The notes: generated from the letters alone by a model not told the origin. DNA of 64,000 nt from Thermodesulfobacteriota bacterium (GCA_964291405.2 OZ219926.1:32001-96000), one strand, 5' to 3'. Numbered from the stretch's first letter, positions 17,704 through 27,801 are shown. Made by a program: numbers and translations.

Positions 17704-18857
17704 GAGTCTTTAATATGGTGCTGTTTGGCTGGCCGCATCTGCCCGACGATGCTCCCGTTGGCACGCCTGGATCGTATCCCCTTTCGAATCAGTATTTCGA
17801 TCCGGTCCAGGGAAACGCATTACTTCAACAAGAGCTGGACCGGATCACGCTCAGTGATGAGCTTGGGTTGGATGGCTTCACCTGTCAGGAGCATCATGGC
17901 GGCGGTGGATTTTGTGCCATGGTGCCCTCGACGCACCTCATGGCAGCAGCCGTCTCACAACGTACCAAACATCTTCAAGTGGCGGTCACTGGCACCTGCA
18001 TTCCGTTACACCACCCGCTTGCCATTGCGGAAGAGGTGGCCATGCTGGATCACCTGAGTAATGGACGTTTCATTTGGGGGGCGCTGCGTGGCTTTCCGAC
18101 CGAATACCTGTCCTACAACGTCAACCCGGCGGAATCTCAGGCTCGGTTTCGGGAAGGGTTTTCCTTAGTCCTGAAAGCGCTTTCGAGTGAGGGGCCGTTT
18201 GATTTTGACGGCCAGTTTTACCGCGTCCGGGACTATAATATCTGGCCCAAGCCCTTGCAGCAGCCCTATCCGAAAATCTGGATGGCGGCCAATAGCCTGG
18301 ACTCGCTCGATTTTGCGGTCAAGAATCGCACCTATATTGCCACGCCGTGGGTCAGTATCGAGCGGACGCGCTCGGTGCACGAGACGTATTATCGGCTGGC
18401 TCAAGAGCAAAGCATCACCATCCCCGAGGATTTTGATGACATGTTTGCCTCGATCTGCGCGCTATACGTTGGCGAGAGCGATAAAAAGGCGCGCCAGGAG
18501 GCTGAAACGCATTTAGAATACCACTTCTTCCGCGCGCTGGCGTCGTTTGATATCGGCACTGTCTCGCTTATCCCTGGGCATATGAGTGTCAATGGTATGC
18601 GCGATTGGCTCAAGAACGTCACGAGTAAAGACACGGGCAAGGCCATGGGCTATAGCGTCGATGAAGGAATTGAGAATGGGACGGTCATTTTAGGCGGCCC
18701 GGAAAGTGTGATCGCCCAAATCAAACGTCAACGCGAAGAGGGCAAACGCGGAACCTTACTGGCGATGTTTCAGTTTGGTTCCCTACCGGATGAACTCGCG
18801 ACGCAGAGCCTGCGCCTCTTTGCCCAAGAGGTCTTGCCTAAGATTCGAGCCATTTGA
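17700..18857 (+). CDS. Luciferase-like (LLM) flavin-dependent oxidoreductase
   Basis: QEHH, HPLAIAEEVAMLDHLSNGR, WPKPLQQPYP. Confidence 0.9.
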   Translation: MRVFNMVLFGWPHLPDDAPVGTPGSYPLSNQYFDPVQGNALLQQELDRITLSDELGLDGFTCQEHHGGGGFCAMVPSTHLMAAAVSQRTKHLQVAVTGTCIPLHHPLAIAEEVAMLDHLSNGRFIWGALRGFPTEYLSYNVNPAESQARFREGFSLVLKALSSEGPFDFDGQFYRVRDYNIWPKPLQQPYPKIWMAANSLDSLDFAVKNRTYIATPWVSIERTRSVHETYYRLAQEQSITIPEDFDDMFASICALYVGESDKKARQEAETHLEYHFFRALASFDIGTVSLIPGHMSVNGMRDWLKNVTSKDTGKAMGYSVDEGIENGTVILGGPESVIAQIKRQREEGKRGTLLAMFQFGSLPDELATQSLRLFAQEVLPKIRAI

Positions 18858-18972
18858 GGACGCGTCGTTCCACCCTCCGTCAAAACCGACCGCCCCGCCT
18901 TGGCCTTCGCCACTCTCTTCCCCGGCTAGCGCGCTATCTTGCATCACACGCCCCAAGAGGAGAGTTTTCCTA

Positions 18973-19128
18973 TCCCCTCCTTGGAGGAGTGGCCGTAGGC
19001 CGGGGTGGGTTGCCCTTGCATGGGCCGTGCGTCTGACCCACCCCGCCGCTGACGCGGCACATAAGGGGAAATGTGTCCTTACAACAGAGCAGGTAGATGT
19101 TGACACGTTTCCCTTTTCTCTCCCAAGA
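18973..19128. repeat. Family A units with a nested family C element (about 19063-19116)
   Basis: ACCCACCCCGCCGCTGACGCGGCAC followed by AAGGGGAAATGTGTCC...GACACGTTTCCCTTT, then CTCTCCCAAGA. Confidence 0.78.
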
Positions 19129-19199
19129 CGTGTGATGCAAATTACATTGCTCGGCGGCCCCTCGCTCCTCTGCGCAGTTCCTGTCTGCGACAGGGGCCA

Positions 19200-19335
19200 G
19201 GAGTGCGGGCTGGAAGCCCGCACGCGGCCAAGATGGCCGCTCTCCCAGACAGCATGAGGGAGAGCGGCCCGGGGCGGGGGCCGCCGGACCGGCTCCGGGA
19301 GGCTCACGACACAATATGCATCACACGTCACTGGG
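19200..19335. repeat. Family D repeat (REP-like hairpins GCGGGCTGGAAGCCCGC and GCGGCCAAGATGGCCGC)
   Basis: Inverted homologous copy at about 39965-40078. Confidence 0.72.
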
Positions 19336-19363
19336 TAGGTGGCCTGGGCTCTTGCTGGTGTCC

Positions 19364-19392
19364 TGGACGGTGGGCGTGTGGAACTCTATCGT
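19364..19392 (+). promoter_or_regulatory. Putative sigma70 promoter, probably leaderless MFS transcript
   Basis: TGGACG-17-TATCGT, 6 nt before ATG 19399; no SD. Confidence 0.45.
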
Positions 19393-19398
19393 AGCCCT

Positions 19399-20682
19399 AT
19401 GGCAGGCCAGGGTGACGGGCGCAGCGAGGGAGAGTCTGCGTTTTTTTATGGCTGGTGGATTGTCGTGACATGCTTTGTCAGCATGTCGATGGCCGGTGGT
19501 GTTGGTAATCTGTCCTTCCCCGTCTTTCTCAAACCGCTAACCGCGGAGTTCGGGTGGACCCGGGCTCAGGTCTCCGGCGGGATTTCGGCCTTTATGTTGG
19601 CCATTGCCCTCACCGCTCCCTTTGTCGGGCGCGCGGTGGGGCTGTATGGGCCGCGGGCGGTCATGATTCCGGCGGCCGTATTGGTGGGCCTGTGCCTGAT
19701 GCTGCTGTCTCAGATGACGGCCCTGTGGCAACTCTATGTGCTGCGTCTCGGGGTGGGGGTTGGGTTTACGGCTCTGGCCCACGTGCCGGTCAACATCGTT
19801 ATTTCACGCTGGTTTACGCGCAAGCGCGGTCGGGCCATGGGCACGGCCATGATCGGCACCCCGGTTGGCGGACTGCTGATGACGCCCTTTGCCTCGTGGT
19901 GTATCGAGTGGGTGGACTGGCGTCTCACCTTGTTGATCCTGGGCGGCCTGCTGTGGCTTATCCTGGTTCCGGTGTTGTTTGGGCTGCTGCGAGATACGCC
20001 GGCTGACCTGGGTCTGTTGCCGGACGGCGAGACGAGACCGGCCACGGACGACACACCGATCGATCCTGGCGTAGGGGAGGGGATATCCGCCCGCGATACG
20101 CTCCGCACCGGCCGTTTCTGGGCACTCATCGGCATCTATTTTCTGGCCTATGGCTGTCTCTTTTCCGTGATGATTCACCAGTACCCCTATTTTACGGATC
20201 AAGGCTTTTCCACCCAGTACGCGGCCCTGCTGGTGAGTGTGCTGCTCAGCGCGTCCGTGCTCAGCGGCCTGGGTTTTGGCTGGGCGAGTGATCGTTATGA
20301 CCCGATGCAACTGGCGGCGACCTGTTATGCCCTGGGTGGTATCGGCATAGCCCTGCTCTTATGGGCGTCTCCCGTATTTTCCGTGGTCGGCTTTGTTATC
20401 TGCTTCGGCTTCTTCTTTGGTGGCACCACCCCGCTGACCGCCCTCGTGACCGGGCGCATGTTCGGTATGAAGGCGCACGGTGTGATCTACGGTTTCTATC
20501 AGACCGTTATCTGTCTCAGCGGCTTCGTTGGCCCGACTCTCATGGGCTTTATCTACGACACGACCGGAAGCTATCAACTCGGGTTTAGCGGTATTGGCAT
20601 CGGTCTGTTGTGTGCTGCCGCGTTGATGCTGGTCGTGCGGGCGAGAACCATACTCCTTCCCGTGTCTGTCGCATCCACCTGA
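19399..20682 (+). CDS. MFS transporter (OFA/MCT-like)
   Basis: FFYGWWIV, EFGWTR, WFTRKRGRAMG; about 12 TM segments. Confidence 0.9.
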   Translation: MAGQGDGRSEGESAFFYGWWIVVTCFVSMSMAGGVGNLSFPVFLKPLTAEFGWTRAQVSGGISAFMLAIALTAPFVGRAVGLYGPRAVMIPAAVLVGLCLMLLSQMTALWQLYVLRLGVGVGFTALAHVPVNIVISRWFTRKRGRAMGTAMIGTPVGGLLMTPFASWCIEWVDWRLTLLILGGLLWLILVPVLFGLLRDTPADLGLLPDGETRPATDDTPIDPGVGEGISARDTLRTGRFWALIGIYFLAYGCLFSVMIHQYPYFTDQGFSTQYAALLVSVLLSASVLSGLGFGWASDRYDPMQLAATCYALGGIGIALLLWASPVFSVVGFVICFGFFFGGTTPLTALVTGRMFGMKAHGVIYGFYQTVICLSGFVGPTLMGFIYDTTGSYQLGFSGIGIGLLCAAALMLVVRARTILLPVSVAST

Positions 20683-20753
20683 ACAAACAGATCGGATTTT
20701 CCTCTTGTGGCTCAAATCTCCGGCTGATACAACTTTTTGCACAAGGATTAAGG

Positions 20754-20844
20754 AACCCACCCCGGCCCTACGGGCCACCCCTCCAAGGAGGGGAGCGGCA
20801 TTCATCTCCTCTTGGGAGGGGTGCTGCGAAGCAGCGGGGTGGGT
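20754..20844. repeat. Family A inverted doublet
   Basis: AACCCACCCCGGCCCTACGGGCCACCCCTCC...GGGAGGGGTGC...GGGGTGGGT. Confidence 0.82.
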
Positions 20845-20885
20845 GCCCGATGTTCGTTCCGAGCCGTCAATGAGGAGGGCCTGTT

Positions 20886-22103
20886 ATGAAGAGTCATTGG
20901 TTTCATTTAATGCCGTATCAAGATCTGCCCGAAGACTTCAGGGAAAAACATCCGAGTGTGTGGGTGGATGTTTCAAGTGAATTATTCGATCCTGCTCGGG
21001 GCCATCAATTTTACAACGAATATCTGGATCAACTGGAGTTTGCCGACAGCCTGGGGTTTGACGGCATTTGCGTGAACGAGCATCATGCCAACGCCTACGG
21101 CCTGATGCCATCACCCAATCTCATTCTGGCCGCGCTTGCCCGTCGAACGTCCAAGGCTGCCCTGATTGTGCTGGGCAACTCGATTGCGCTGTACAACCCG
21201 CCGATTCGCATTGCCGAAGAAATGGCCATGCTCGACTGCATATCGGGTGGCCGTTTTGTGGGCGGCTTTCCAGTCGGCACATCGATGGACACCAATTTTG
21301 CCTACGGCCAGACTCCTCTGACGCTACGTGAGAAATATCGGGAAGGCCACGATCTGATCATCAAGGCCTGGACCGAGCCCGAGCCGTTTGCCTTTAACGG
21401 CAAATACAACCAACTCCGCTATGTCAATATCTGGCCTCGCCCGGTTCAAAAACCGCATCCACCGGTGTGGATTCCAGGCGGCGGCAGCGTCGAGACCTGG
21501 GACTGGGTGGCCGAGCATGACTATATGTATGCCTTCCTGAGTTATTTCGGCTACGAGCCGGCCACGCAGGTGATGCGGGGCTATTGGGAGGCGGTAGACC
21601 GGGCCGGCCGGGACCGGAATCCCTACCGCGCCGGCTATCTACAATTCATCGGCGTGTCCGAGACGGACGCACAAGCGGAAAAGGACTATGCGGAGGCGGC
21701 CTCGTATTTCTACCACCGCTGTCTGCACGTTCCCGATCATTGGGCTGCCGCGCCAGGCTATTTGACGCTCAAGACCATCAAGTCGCTCAAATCGCCCTTC
21801 AGCTTCGAGCAGTTGGCCGACCTCAAATGGAAAGATTTTGTTGAGCAGGGCTATGTGATTGCCGGCTCTCCGGCAACTGTGCGCGAGCGGCTGGTGGAAG
21901 TCATTAAGGAAATGAATGTCGGACAGCTTTTCTCCCTCCTCCATTTTGGCAACCTGAGTCGCGAGCTAACCCGGAAGAATACGGAACTGTACGCTAGAGA
22001 GGTACTGCCGTTTCTGCGCGAGCAGTTGTGGAACGAGTGGGAAGACCGCTGGGCACCGCATCCGATGAATGAGGAAGATCGCATGCCGGTCGCGGCCCTC
22101 TAG
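20886..22103 (+). CDS. LLM flavin-dependent oxidoreductase
   Basis: NEHH, PPIRIAEEMAMLDCISGGR, WPRPVQKPHPP. Confidence 0.92.
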   Translation: MKSHWFHLMPYQDLPEDFREKHPSVWVDVSSELFDPARGHQFYNEYLDQLEFADSLGFDGICVNEHHANAYGLMPSPNLILAALARRTSKAALIVLGNSIALYNPPIRIAEEMAMLDCISGGRFVGGFPVGTSMDTNFAYGQTPLTLREKYREGHDLIIKAWTEPEPFAFNGKYNQLRYVNIWPRPVQKPHPPVWIPGGGSVETWDWVAEHDYMYAFLSYFGYEPATQVMRGYWEAVDRAGRDRNPYRAGYLQFIGVSETDAQAEKDYAEAASYFYHRCLHVPDHWAAAPGYLTLKTIKSLKSPFSFEQLADLKWKDFVEQGYVIAGSPATVRERLVEVIKEMNVGQLFSLLHFGNLSRELTRKNTELYAREVLPFLREQLWNEWEDRWAPHPMNEEDRMPVAAL

Positions 22104-22135
22104 GACGCCGGCCCCCTGAATGGAGATCGTTTGGA

Positions 22136-22909
22136 ATGCAAGAAGTGAAGGTTGCTATTCGGAATGGAAAATTTACCACCTCAATGCAGTGGGGCGGCAA
22201 TGGCGAGCCGCTCCTGTTCCTGCACGGTGCCGGTGGCCCCATGGTTGGCGCCCCGTTTCTCGAGGAACTCGCCCAGAATTTTACCGTCTACGCGCCGGCC
22301 CATCCCGGCTTTGGCCCTGGAACGGGTATTGAGCATATTGACGACGTGATTGACTTTGCCCTGTACTACCACGATTTTCTCGACGAGTTGCAGATCGATA
22401 GCCCGCATATCGTCGGCCACTCGTTGGGTGGCATGTTGGCCGCGGAGATCGCCGCGCTCGCCCCGTACCGGATCAATCGACTCGTGCTGGTCTGCCCGGC
22501 AGGACTGTGGCTCGATGACACTCCCATTCCGGATTTCTTTACCTTTAACCCGCAGCAGATGGTCGAACATGTGTTTCACGACCCCAGCGGTCCCATGAGC
22601 CAAATGTTCACCGAGCAGTTGCAATCCCCCGAAGCCCAACTCGAGATGTATAAATGCCTGGCCTCAACCGGGAAATTCCTGTGGCCGATTCCCGATAAAG
22701 GGCTCAAGAAGCGCATCCACCGGCTGCAACTGCCGACCCTGTTACTGTGGGGAGAATCCGATAAGCTCATTCCCCCGGTCTATGGGGGAGCGTTTCAACG
22801 CGCCATTCCCGGTTCGCGGTTGGTCCACTTCGCGAGTTCGGGTCATATGATTATGCTGGAGGAACAAGAGGCTTTTGTTGACGCGGTCTCGGACTTTTTA
22901 TTGGAGTAA
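22136..22909 (+). CDS. Alpha/beta-fold hydrolase
   Basis: LHGAGG, HPGFG, GHSLGG, WGESD, SGH. Confidence 0.9.
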   Translation: MQEVKVAIRNGKFTTSMQWGGNGEPLLFLHGAGGPMVGAPFLEELAQNFTVYAPAHPGFGPGTGIEHIDDVIDFALYYHDFLDELQIDSPHIVGHSLGGMLAAEIAALAPYRINRLVLVCPAGLWLDDTPIPDFFTFNPQQMVEHVFHDPSGPMSQMFTEQLQSPEAQLEMYKCLASTGKFLWPIPDKGLKKRIHRLQLPTLLLWGESDKLIPPVYGGAFQRAIPGSRLVHFASSGHMIMLEEQEAFVDAVSDFLLE

Positions 22910-22926
22910 CCCGAAAGGAGGGGAAT

Positions 22927-23307
22927 ATGATCAAGGCGAAATCGATCCGTCATACTGGGGTGCCGGTCTCGGATGTGAGAAAGGCAAAGAGATTCTATGG
23001 AGAGATTCTCGGCTTGGGTGAGATTGAGCGACCCAAGATCAAGGGCGTGCCTGGAGCCTGGTATGAGGTGGACGGAACCCAGGTGCATATCATTGGCCAG
23101 CGCAACACGATGGCCGACAAGGATATTCCGGGCATCGGGACCCATATCGCGGTCCAGGTCGAAGACCTCGAAGAGGCCAAACGCGTCCTCAAGAGAAGGC
23201 GGGTGAAGTTCCAGGAATTTGCTCCGCCGCCCAGTATGGGTTTGGCCCCGGTGGTCTTTGTGCGTGACCCGGACGGCAATGTCGTCGAGCTGCGGGCGGA
23301 AGCCTAA
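22927..23307 (+). CDS. VOC/glyoxalase family protein
   Basis: RHTGV, FYGEILG, HIAVQV, RDPDGNVVEL. Confidence 0.9.
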   Translation: MIKAKSIRHTGVPVSDVRKAKRFYGEILGLGEIERPKIKGVPGAWYEVDGTQVHIIGQRNTMADKDIPGIGTHIAVQVEDLEEAKRVLKRRRVKFQEFAPPPSMGLAPVVFVRDPDGNVVELRAEA

Positions 23308-23342
23308 ACGTACTGCCCCCTGAGCGGAATACGGTCGAGAGA

Positions 23343-23433
23343 AACCCACCCCGGCCCTACGGGCCACCCCTCCCAAGAAGGGAGCTTTTTTATCTCCTCC
23401 TTGGAGGGGTGCCGCGCTAGCGGCGGGGTGGGT
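23343..23433. repeat. Family A inverted doublet
   Basis: Same architecture as 20754-20844. Confidence 0.82.
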
Positions 23434-23468
23434 CTCTTTGTCTCAAGGCACAAGCAGGGAGAGGTCTG

Positions 23469-23954
23469 ATGCTGATCGAAATTTATCCAAAACCCGACGG
23501 CATGCAGCATATCAATCTCATGTTTTGCGAGGCCGAGCCTGACCCCGAGGACGGCTGGGTGCGCTCTCATATTGACGCGTTTCCCACCCCGCCCAAGCGG
23601 ATTTTCGAAGAGGAACGGGCCGGCCGGACATATACCACCCTCCAGTACGGCCAGTGTGTCATCGGGCATTCCATGTTCTATATCGAAAAGCACAAGGGCG
23701 TAGTGGACAAGCTGCTCGGGGTCTGCACGAGCGAGCTTGAGCGGGCCGCCCTGGACCAGCTTACCCGCAATGCGATTATCTCCCGCCTCGCGCTGGAACT
23801 GGATAAACACGCCCGGTTTTCGGTTGACGAGCAGGGCAATTTGACCATTGCCCTCAAGGAGATAGATGAGGCCGAGATTCACAAACGCCTGGGTGAGCTG
23901 ATAGCCGAAGAAACCCCTGTGCGGCCTGTCGAATCCATAGGAAGTGAGGCCTGA
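23469..23954 (+). CDS. Hypothetical protein (161 aa)
   Basis: GGAGAGG RBS; host-like codon usage; fills the gap in a co-oriented run. Confidence 0.7.
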   Translation: MLIEIYPKPDGMQHINLMFCEAEPDPEDGWVRSHIDAFPTPPKRIFEEERAGRTYTTLQYGQCVIGHSMFYIEKHKGVVDKLLGVCTSELERAALDQLTRNAIISRLALELDKHARFSVDEQGNLTIALKEIDEAEIHKRLGELIAEETPVRPVESIGSEA

Positions 23955-23955
23955 C

Positions 23956-24708
23956 GTGGCAGGGGTGGAGGGAAGAGTCGCGTTTATAACCGGAGCCGGG
24001 TCGGGTATCGGGCGCGCGACCGCGCGGGTCTTGGCTACAGGCGGCGCCGATATAGCGGTGACGGATATCAACTTGGCCGGGGCTGAGGAAACGGCTCAGG
24101 CCGTCGCTGAACTGGGCCGCAAGGCGCTCGCCCTTCAGGTCGATGTATCAGACCTCCATGCGGTTGACTCGGCAACGGCACAGGCGCGCCAGGAGTTGGG
24201 CGCGATTGATATTCTGTTCAGCAACGCCGGTATCGGAACCCAGGTCGCGTTTACGGACATGACTGAGGAGGACTGGGACCAGATGTTCGACGTTCATCTC
24301 AATGGGACGTATCACTGCTTTCGCGCGGTCTTACCTGAGATGAAAACGGCCGGCTGGGGCCGGTTGATCAGTACCTCCTCTATGGGGGCTTTTACCGGAG
24401 GAGTCCGTTTGGCCCATTACTGTGCGGCCAAGGCCGGTATTGCCGGACTCACGGTTGCCATGGCCAGTGAACTGGCGCGAACGGGCATTACGGTCAATGC
24501 CGTCGCTCCCGGTGTGATTGATACTCCGATGGTCCGTCAGAGTCCTGAACGTTGGGTCAAGAATATGACCAAGACCATTCCGATGCGCAAACTGGGACAA
24601 CCCGAGGACATCGCCCATGCCGCCGCTTATTTAGCCTCGGAAGAAGCCGGATTCATGACCGGTCAGATTCTCAGCCCGAACGGCGGCTCGTATATGAAGT
24701 GGTGTTAG
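23956..24708 (+). CDS. SDR family oxidoreductase (FabG-like)
   Basis: TGAGSGIG, SNAGI, YCAAK; GTG start at 23956 or 23944. Confidence 0.92.
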   Translation: MAGVEGRVAFITGAGSGIGRATARVLATGGADIAVTDINLAGAEETAQAVAELGRKALALQVDVSDLHAVDSATAQARQELGAIDILFSNAGIGTQVAFTDMTEEDWDQMFDVHLNGTYHCFRAVLPEMKTAGWGRLISTSSMGAFTGGVRLAHYCAAKAGIAGLTVAMASELARTGITVNAVAPGVIDTPMVRQSPERWVKNMTKTIPMRKLGQPEDIAHAAAYLASEEAGFMTGQILSPNGGSYMKWC

Positions 24709-24709
24709 G

Positions 24710-25465
24710 ATGCGACTGGCAGGAAAAACCGCACTGATAACCGGGGCCGGGTCGGGCCTGGGCCAAGCAACCGCCCAGCTTTTTGCTCAGGAGGGAGCGC
24801 ACGTCATTGTGGCTGACATCAGTCAGCGCCGCGCGGAGGCTGTCGCTGCCGAGATCAATAAAACAAACGCTTCTCCGGCCATAGGCATTCAGGCTGATGT
24901 GACCCAGAGTCAGGTCGTCCGCGATCTGGTTGAACAGGCCAAGAGCGAATATGGGCCGATCAACATCTTGGTGAACAATGCCGGGATTGCCCAGATCAAG
25001 GACCTGCTCGATATCACGCCTGAAGACTGGCAGCGCATGGTCGACGTCCACATGAAAGGAACCTTTTTGTGCACGCGGTCTGTGATCGGAGATATGATCG
25101 CCGCTCAGTGGGGGAGGGTGATTAACACCGCCTCTGTTGCCGGCATGACCGGAGGTCCGCAAAACGCGCACTACGCCGCGGCAAAGGCCGCCATTATCGG
25201 TTTTACCCGCTCGCTGGCCCTGGAGTACGCGCGGTCGGGCATTACCGTAAACGCGGTTGCCCCCGGATTGATTGAAACGCCCATGGTCAAACAAGGCACC
25301 GATCCTGCCGCCGAGAAGGTTGTGGATTTCTTTATCCGTCGCATTCCCATGCGCCAGATGGGCACACCCGCAGACATTGCCGCGGCCCATTTGTACCTGG
25401 CCTCGGACGATGCCGCCTATGTGACCGGACAGGTGCTGAGCCCGAACGGCGGCTATCTGGTGTAA
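24710..25465 (+). CDS. SDR family oxidoreductase (FabG-like)
   Basis: TGAGSGLG, NNAGI, YAAAK. Confidence 0.93.
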   Translation: MRLAGKTALITGAGSGLGQATAQLFAQEGAHVIVADISQRRAEAVAAEINKTNASPAIGIQADVTQSQVVRDLVEQAKSEYGPINILVNNAGIAQIKDLLDITPEDWQRMVDVHMKGTFLCTRSVIGDMIAAQWGRVINTASVAGMTGGPQNAHYAAAKAAIIGFTRSLALEYARSGITVNAVAPGLIETPMVKQGTDPAAEKVVDFFIRRIPMRQMGTPADIAAAHLYLASDDAAYVTGQVLSPNGGYLV

Positions 25466-25476
25466 GGCGTTTTTCC

Positions 25477-25505
25477 TTGACGTTTACGGACGCTGGTTGT
25501 AGCGT
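25477..25505 (+). promoter_or_regulatory. Putative sigma70 promoter, probably leaderless desaturase transcript
   Basis: TTGACG-17-TAGCGT, 6 nt before GTG 25512; no SD. Confidence 0.55.
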
Positions 25506-25511
25506 GGCGGT

Positions 25512-26447
25512 GTGAACGAAGCTTTTGAACACCGTTCGCTGGTTGACCGCACCCTGCTGCGCACCTTTCAGCAACGCCAGGACTTACCCTCCATTCTCCG
25601 GCTGACCCTCCATCTGTCCGCTTTCCTGCTGTGTGCGTACGGCGTGCTGCTCGTCACTCCGTATTCTCACGTTGCGGCAGGCTTGCTCTCGGTCGTGCTG
25701 AGTGGGATCTGGGCCTCATTGTTCGCTCCCTTTCATGAGTGTACGCATCAGACCGCCTTTAAGTCCGCCTGGCTGAACTCTCTGGGCGCATGGCTCAGCG
25801 GCTTCCCCTTTGGCATGGCACCGGCGGTGTACCGAGCCTTCCATTTCGATCATCATCGCTACACCCAATATGCCGATAAGGACCCCGAGCTGTTGTTCTT
25901 GGGAGGACAACCGGTGTCCTGGCCGACCCGATGGAAAAACTGGCTGCTCATGATTAGCGGCTGGGGCCTTATTCAGTTCAAAACAGGCGCTTTGGTGCGC
26001 TTTCCTTTCCTGGCTTATGAGAAATGGGAGGCTTTCGCGCCCTGGGCGCCGCTCGACCAGCGTCCCACATTGGCCTGGCAATCGGGGGTGATCGCCCTCT
26101 TTTGGGCCGGGCTGATTGTCGCGGCCTGTATCGGGCCCGCGGGTATGGGTTGGGTGCTGTTTGCGGGTCTTCTCAGCCATATGTTTCAAGCCATATGGGT
26201 GACCACCGAGCATACGGGATTGCCGAACGAAGGCTCTATTCTGGCGCGAACGCGTACCATGCAGACCCGGCCGTTTTTCAGCTGGTGGCTGTGGAATATG
26301 AACTTTCATGCCGAGCACCATGCCTGGCCGGCGGTCCCGTGGTATCGGCTGCCCGCCCTGCACCAGGAAGTGGCAGAACACCTCGACGCCACGGAGCGCG
26401 GCTACGCCCGGCTCCAGTTCAAGGTCTGGAGCAAGGTCGGGGTGTAA
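25512..26447 (+). CDS. Membrane fatty-acid desaturase family protein
   Basis: His boxes HECTH, HFDHH, HAEHH; PAVPWYRLP. Confidence 0.9.
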   Translation: MNEAFEHRSLVDRTLLRTFQQRQDLPSILRLTLHLSAFLLCAYGVLLVTPYSHVAAGLLSVVLSGIWASLFAPFHECTHQTAFKSAWLNSLGAWLSGFPFGMAPAVYRAFHFDHHRYTQYADKDPELLFLGGQPVSWPTRWKNWLLMISGWGLIQFKTGALVRFPFLAYEKWEAFAPWAPLDQRPTLAWQSGVIALFWAGLIVAACIGPAGMGWVLFAGLLSHMFQAIWVTTEHTGLPNEGSILARTRTMQTRPFFSWWLWNMNFHAEHHAWPAVPWYRLPALHQEVAEHLDATERGYARLQFKVWSKVGV

Positions 26448-26495
26448 TGTCGGTTGAGAGCTGACCGCGACGACCCCTCTATGCTCTCCGCTGAG

Positions 26496-26523
26496 GTAGG
26501 GGCGATTCATGAATCGCCCCTAC
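26496..26523. repeat. Family B GTAG-type REP palindrome
   Basis: Perfect 28-bp palindrome GTAGGGGCGATTCATGAATCGCCCCTAC. Confidence 0.85.
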
Positions 26524-26573
26524 GGGGTTAGCATGACAACCCGTCGTCGTATCTGCACCATTCCCCGCTCACC

Positions 26574-26602
26574 TTGACCCTCCGAAACCCAGCGTCTAGG
26601 CT
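26574..26602 (+). promoter_or_regulatory. Putative sigma70 promoter of the acyl-CoA dehydrogenase gene
   Basis: TTGACC-17-TAGGCT, then AGGAGG and ATG 26638. Confidence 0.5.
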
Positions 26603-26637
26603 CAAGCCAACCGCACATCAGGAGGTTAGGAATTACG

Positions 26638-27801
26638 ATGCTCACCGCACCGACGCGCTTTTTTACTGAAGATCATGAGATATTCCGTGAACAGGTTCGT
26701 AATTTTGTGACCAAGGAGGTCCATCCGCATATTGACCAGTGGGAAGAGGAGGCGCTTTTTCCAAAGTCGCTCTACCAGCGCATGGGTGAACTCGGGTTTC
26801 TGGGTATCCGCCACCCCGTGGAGTACGGGGGCAGTGCCGGGGATATCTGGATGACGCTCGTCTTTTGTGAGGAGTTGTGTCGCTGCCGGGCCTTGGGCTT
26901 ACCAACCAGCGTGCTGGTTCATACCGACATGTCTTCGACCCATATCGCGCGCAACGGTACGGCAGAGCAGAAAGAAAAATACCTGCGGCCCATGATTACG
27001 GGCGAGGCGGTCTGCGCCATCGGCGTGACGGAACCCTCGGGCGGGTCCGACGTTGCCAGCATCCGTACCACGGCAGTAAAAGATGGCGACTCTTACGTTA
27101 TCAACGGCGCCAAGATTTTTATCACCAACTCCGTGCACGCCGATGTCTTTTGCGTGGCTGCCAAGACCGACAAAGATGCCCAGGCGCGTGGTATCTCCAT
27201 GTTTCTTGTTGAGCGCGACACCCCCGGGTTCAGCTTGGCCAAAAAGCTGGACAAAATGGGCTGCCACAGTTCGGATACCGGCGAGTTGGTCTTTGAAGAT
27301 GTCCGCGTTCCACGTCACCATCTCTTGGGAGAGGAGGGCAAGGGATTTTATTATATTATGCAGAATTTTCAGGACGAGCGCCTGATTGCGGCCAGTATGG
27401 CCGTGAGCGCGGCCCAGCAAGCCCTCGAAGATACGCTCAGATACACGCGTGAGCGGCAGACGTTTGGCAAGCGGGTGTTTGATCATCAGGTCATATCCCA
27501 TGGCTTGGCGGATATGGCAACCGAATTGGAAGCCGCCCGTCAGTTGACCTATTACGCGGCCGATGTGCTGGCGAGCGGGCGTGACTGTAGTACCGAAGTC
27601 TCGATGGCAAAGCTGTATGGCTGTAACGTGGCCAACAAGGTCGCCTATGAGTGCGTTCAGATGCACGGTGGCTACGGCTATATGAAAGAATTTGCGGTTG
27701 AACGGTTCTACCGCGACATCCGTCAGACCACAATTGCCGGAGGGTCCGCCGAGATTATGAAGGAAATCATCGTCAAGCGCGGGCTGGACCGGGACCTATA
27801 G
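26638..27801 (+). CDS. Acyl-CoA dehydrogenase
   Basis: EYGG, TEPSGGSD, NGAKIFITN, RQTFG, QMHGGYGY, IAGGSAEI. Confidence 0.95.
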   Translation: MLTAPTRFFTEDHEIFREQVRNFVTKEVHPHIDQWEEEALFPKSLYQRMGELGFLGIRHPVEYGGSAGDIWMTLVFCEELCRCRALGLPTSVLVHTDMSSTHIARNGTAEQKEKYLRPMITGEAVCAIGVTEPSGGSDVASIRTTAVKDGDSYVINGAKIFITNSVHADVFCVAAKTDKDAQARGISMFLVERDTPGFSLAKKLDKMGCHSSDTGELVFEDVRVPRHHLLGEEGKGFYYIMQNFQDERLIAASMAVSAAQQALEDTLRYTRERQTFGKRVFDHQVISHGLADMATELEAARQLTYYAADVLASGRDCSTEVSMAKLYGCNVANKVAYECVQMHGGYGYMKEFAVERFYRDIRQTTIAGGSAEIMKEIIVKRGLDRDL

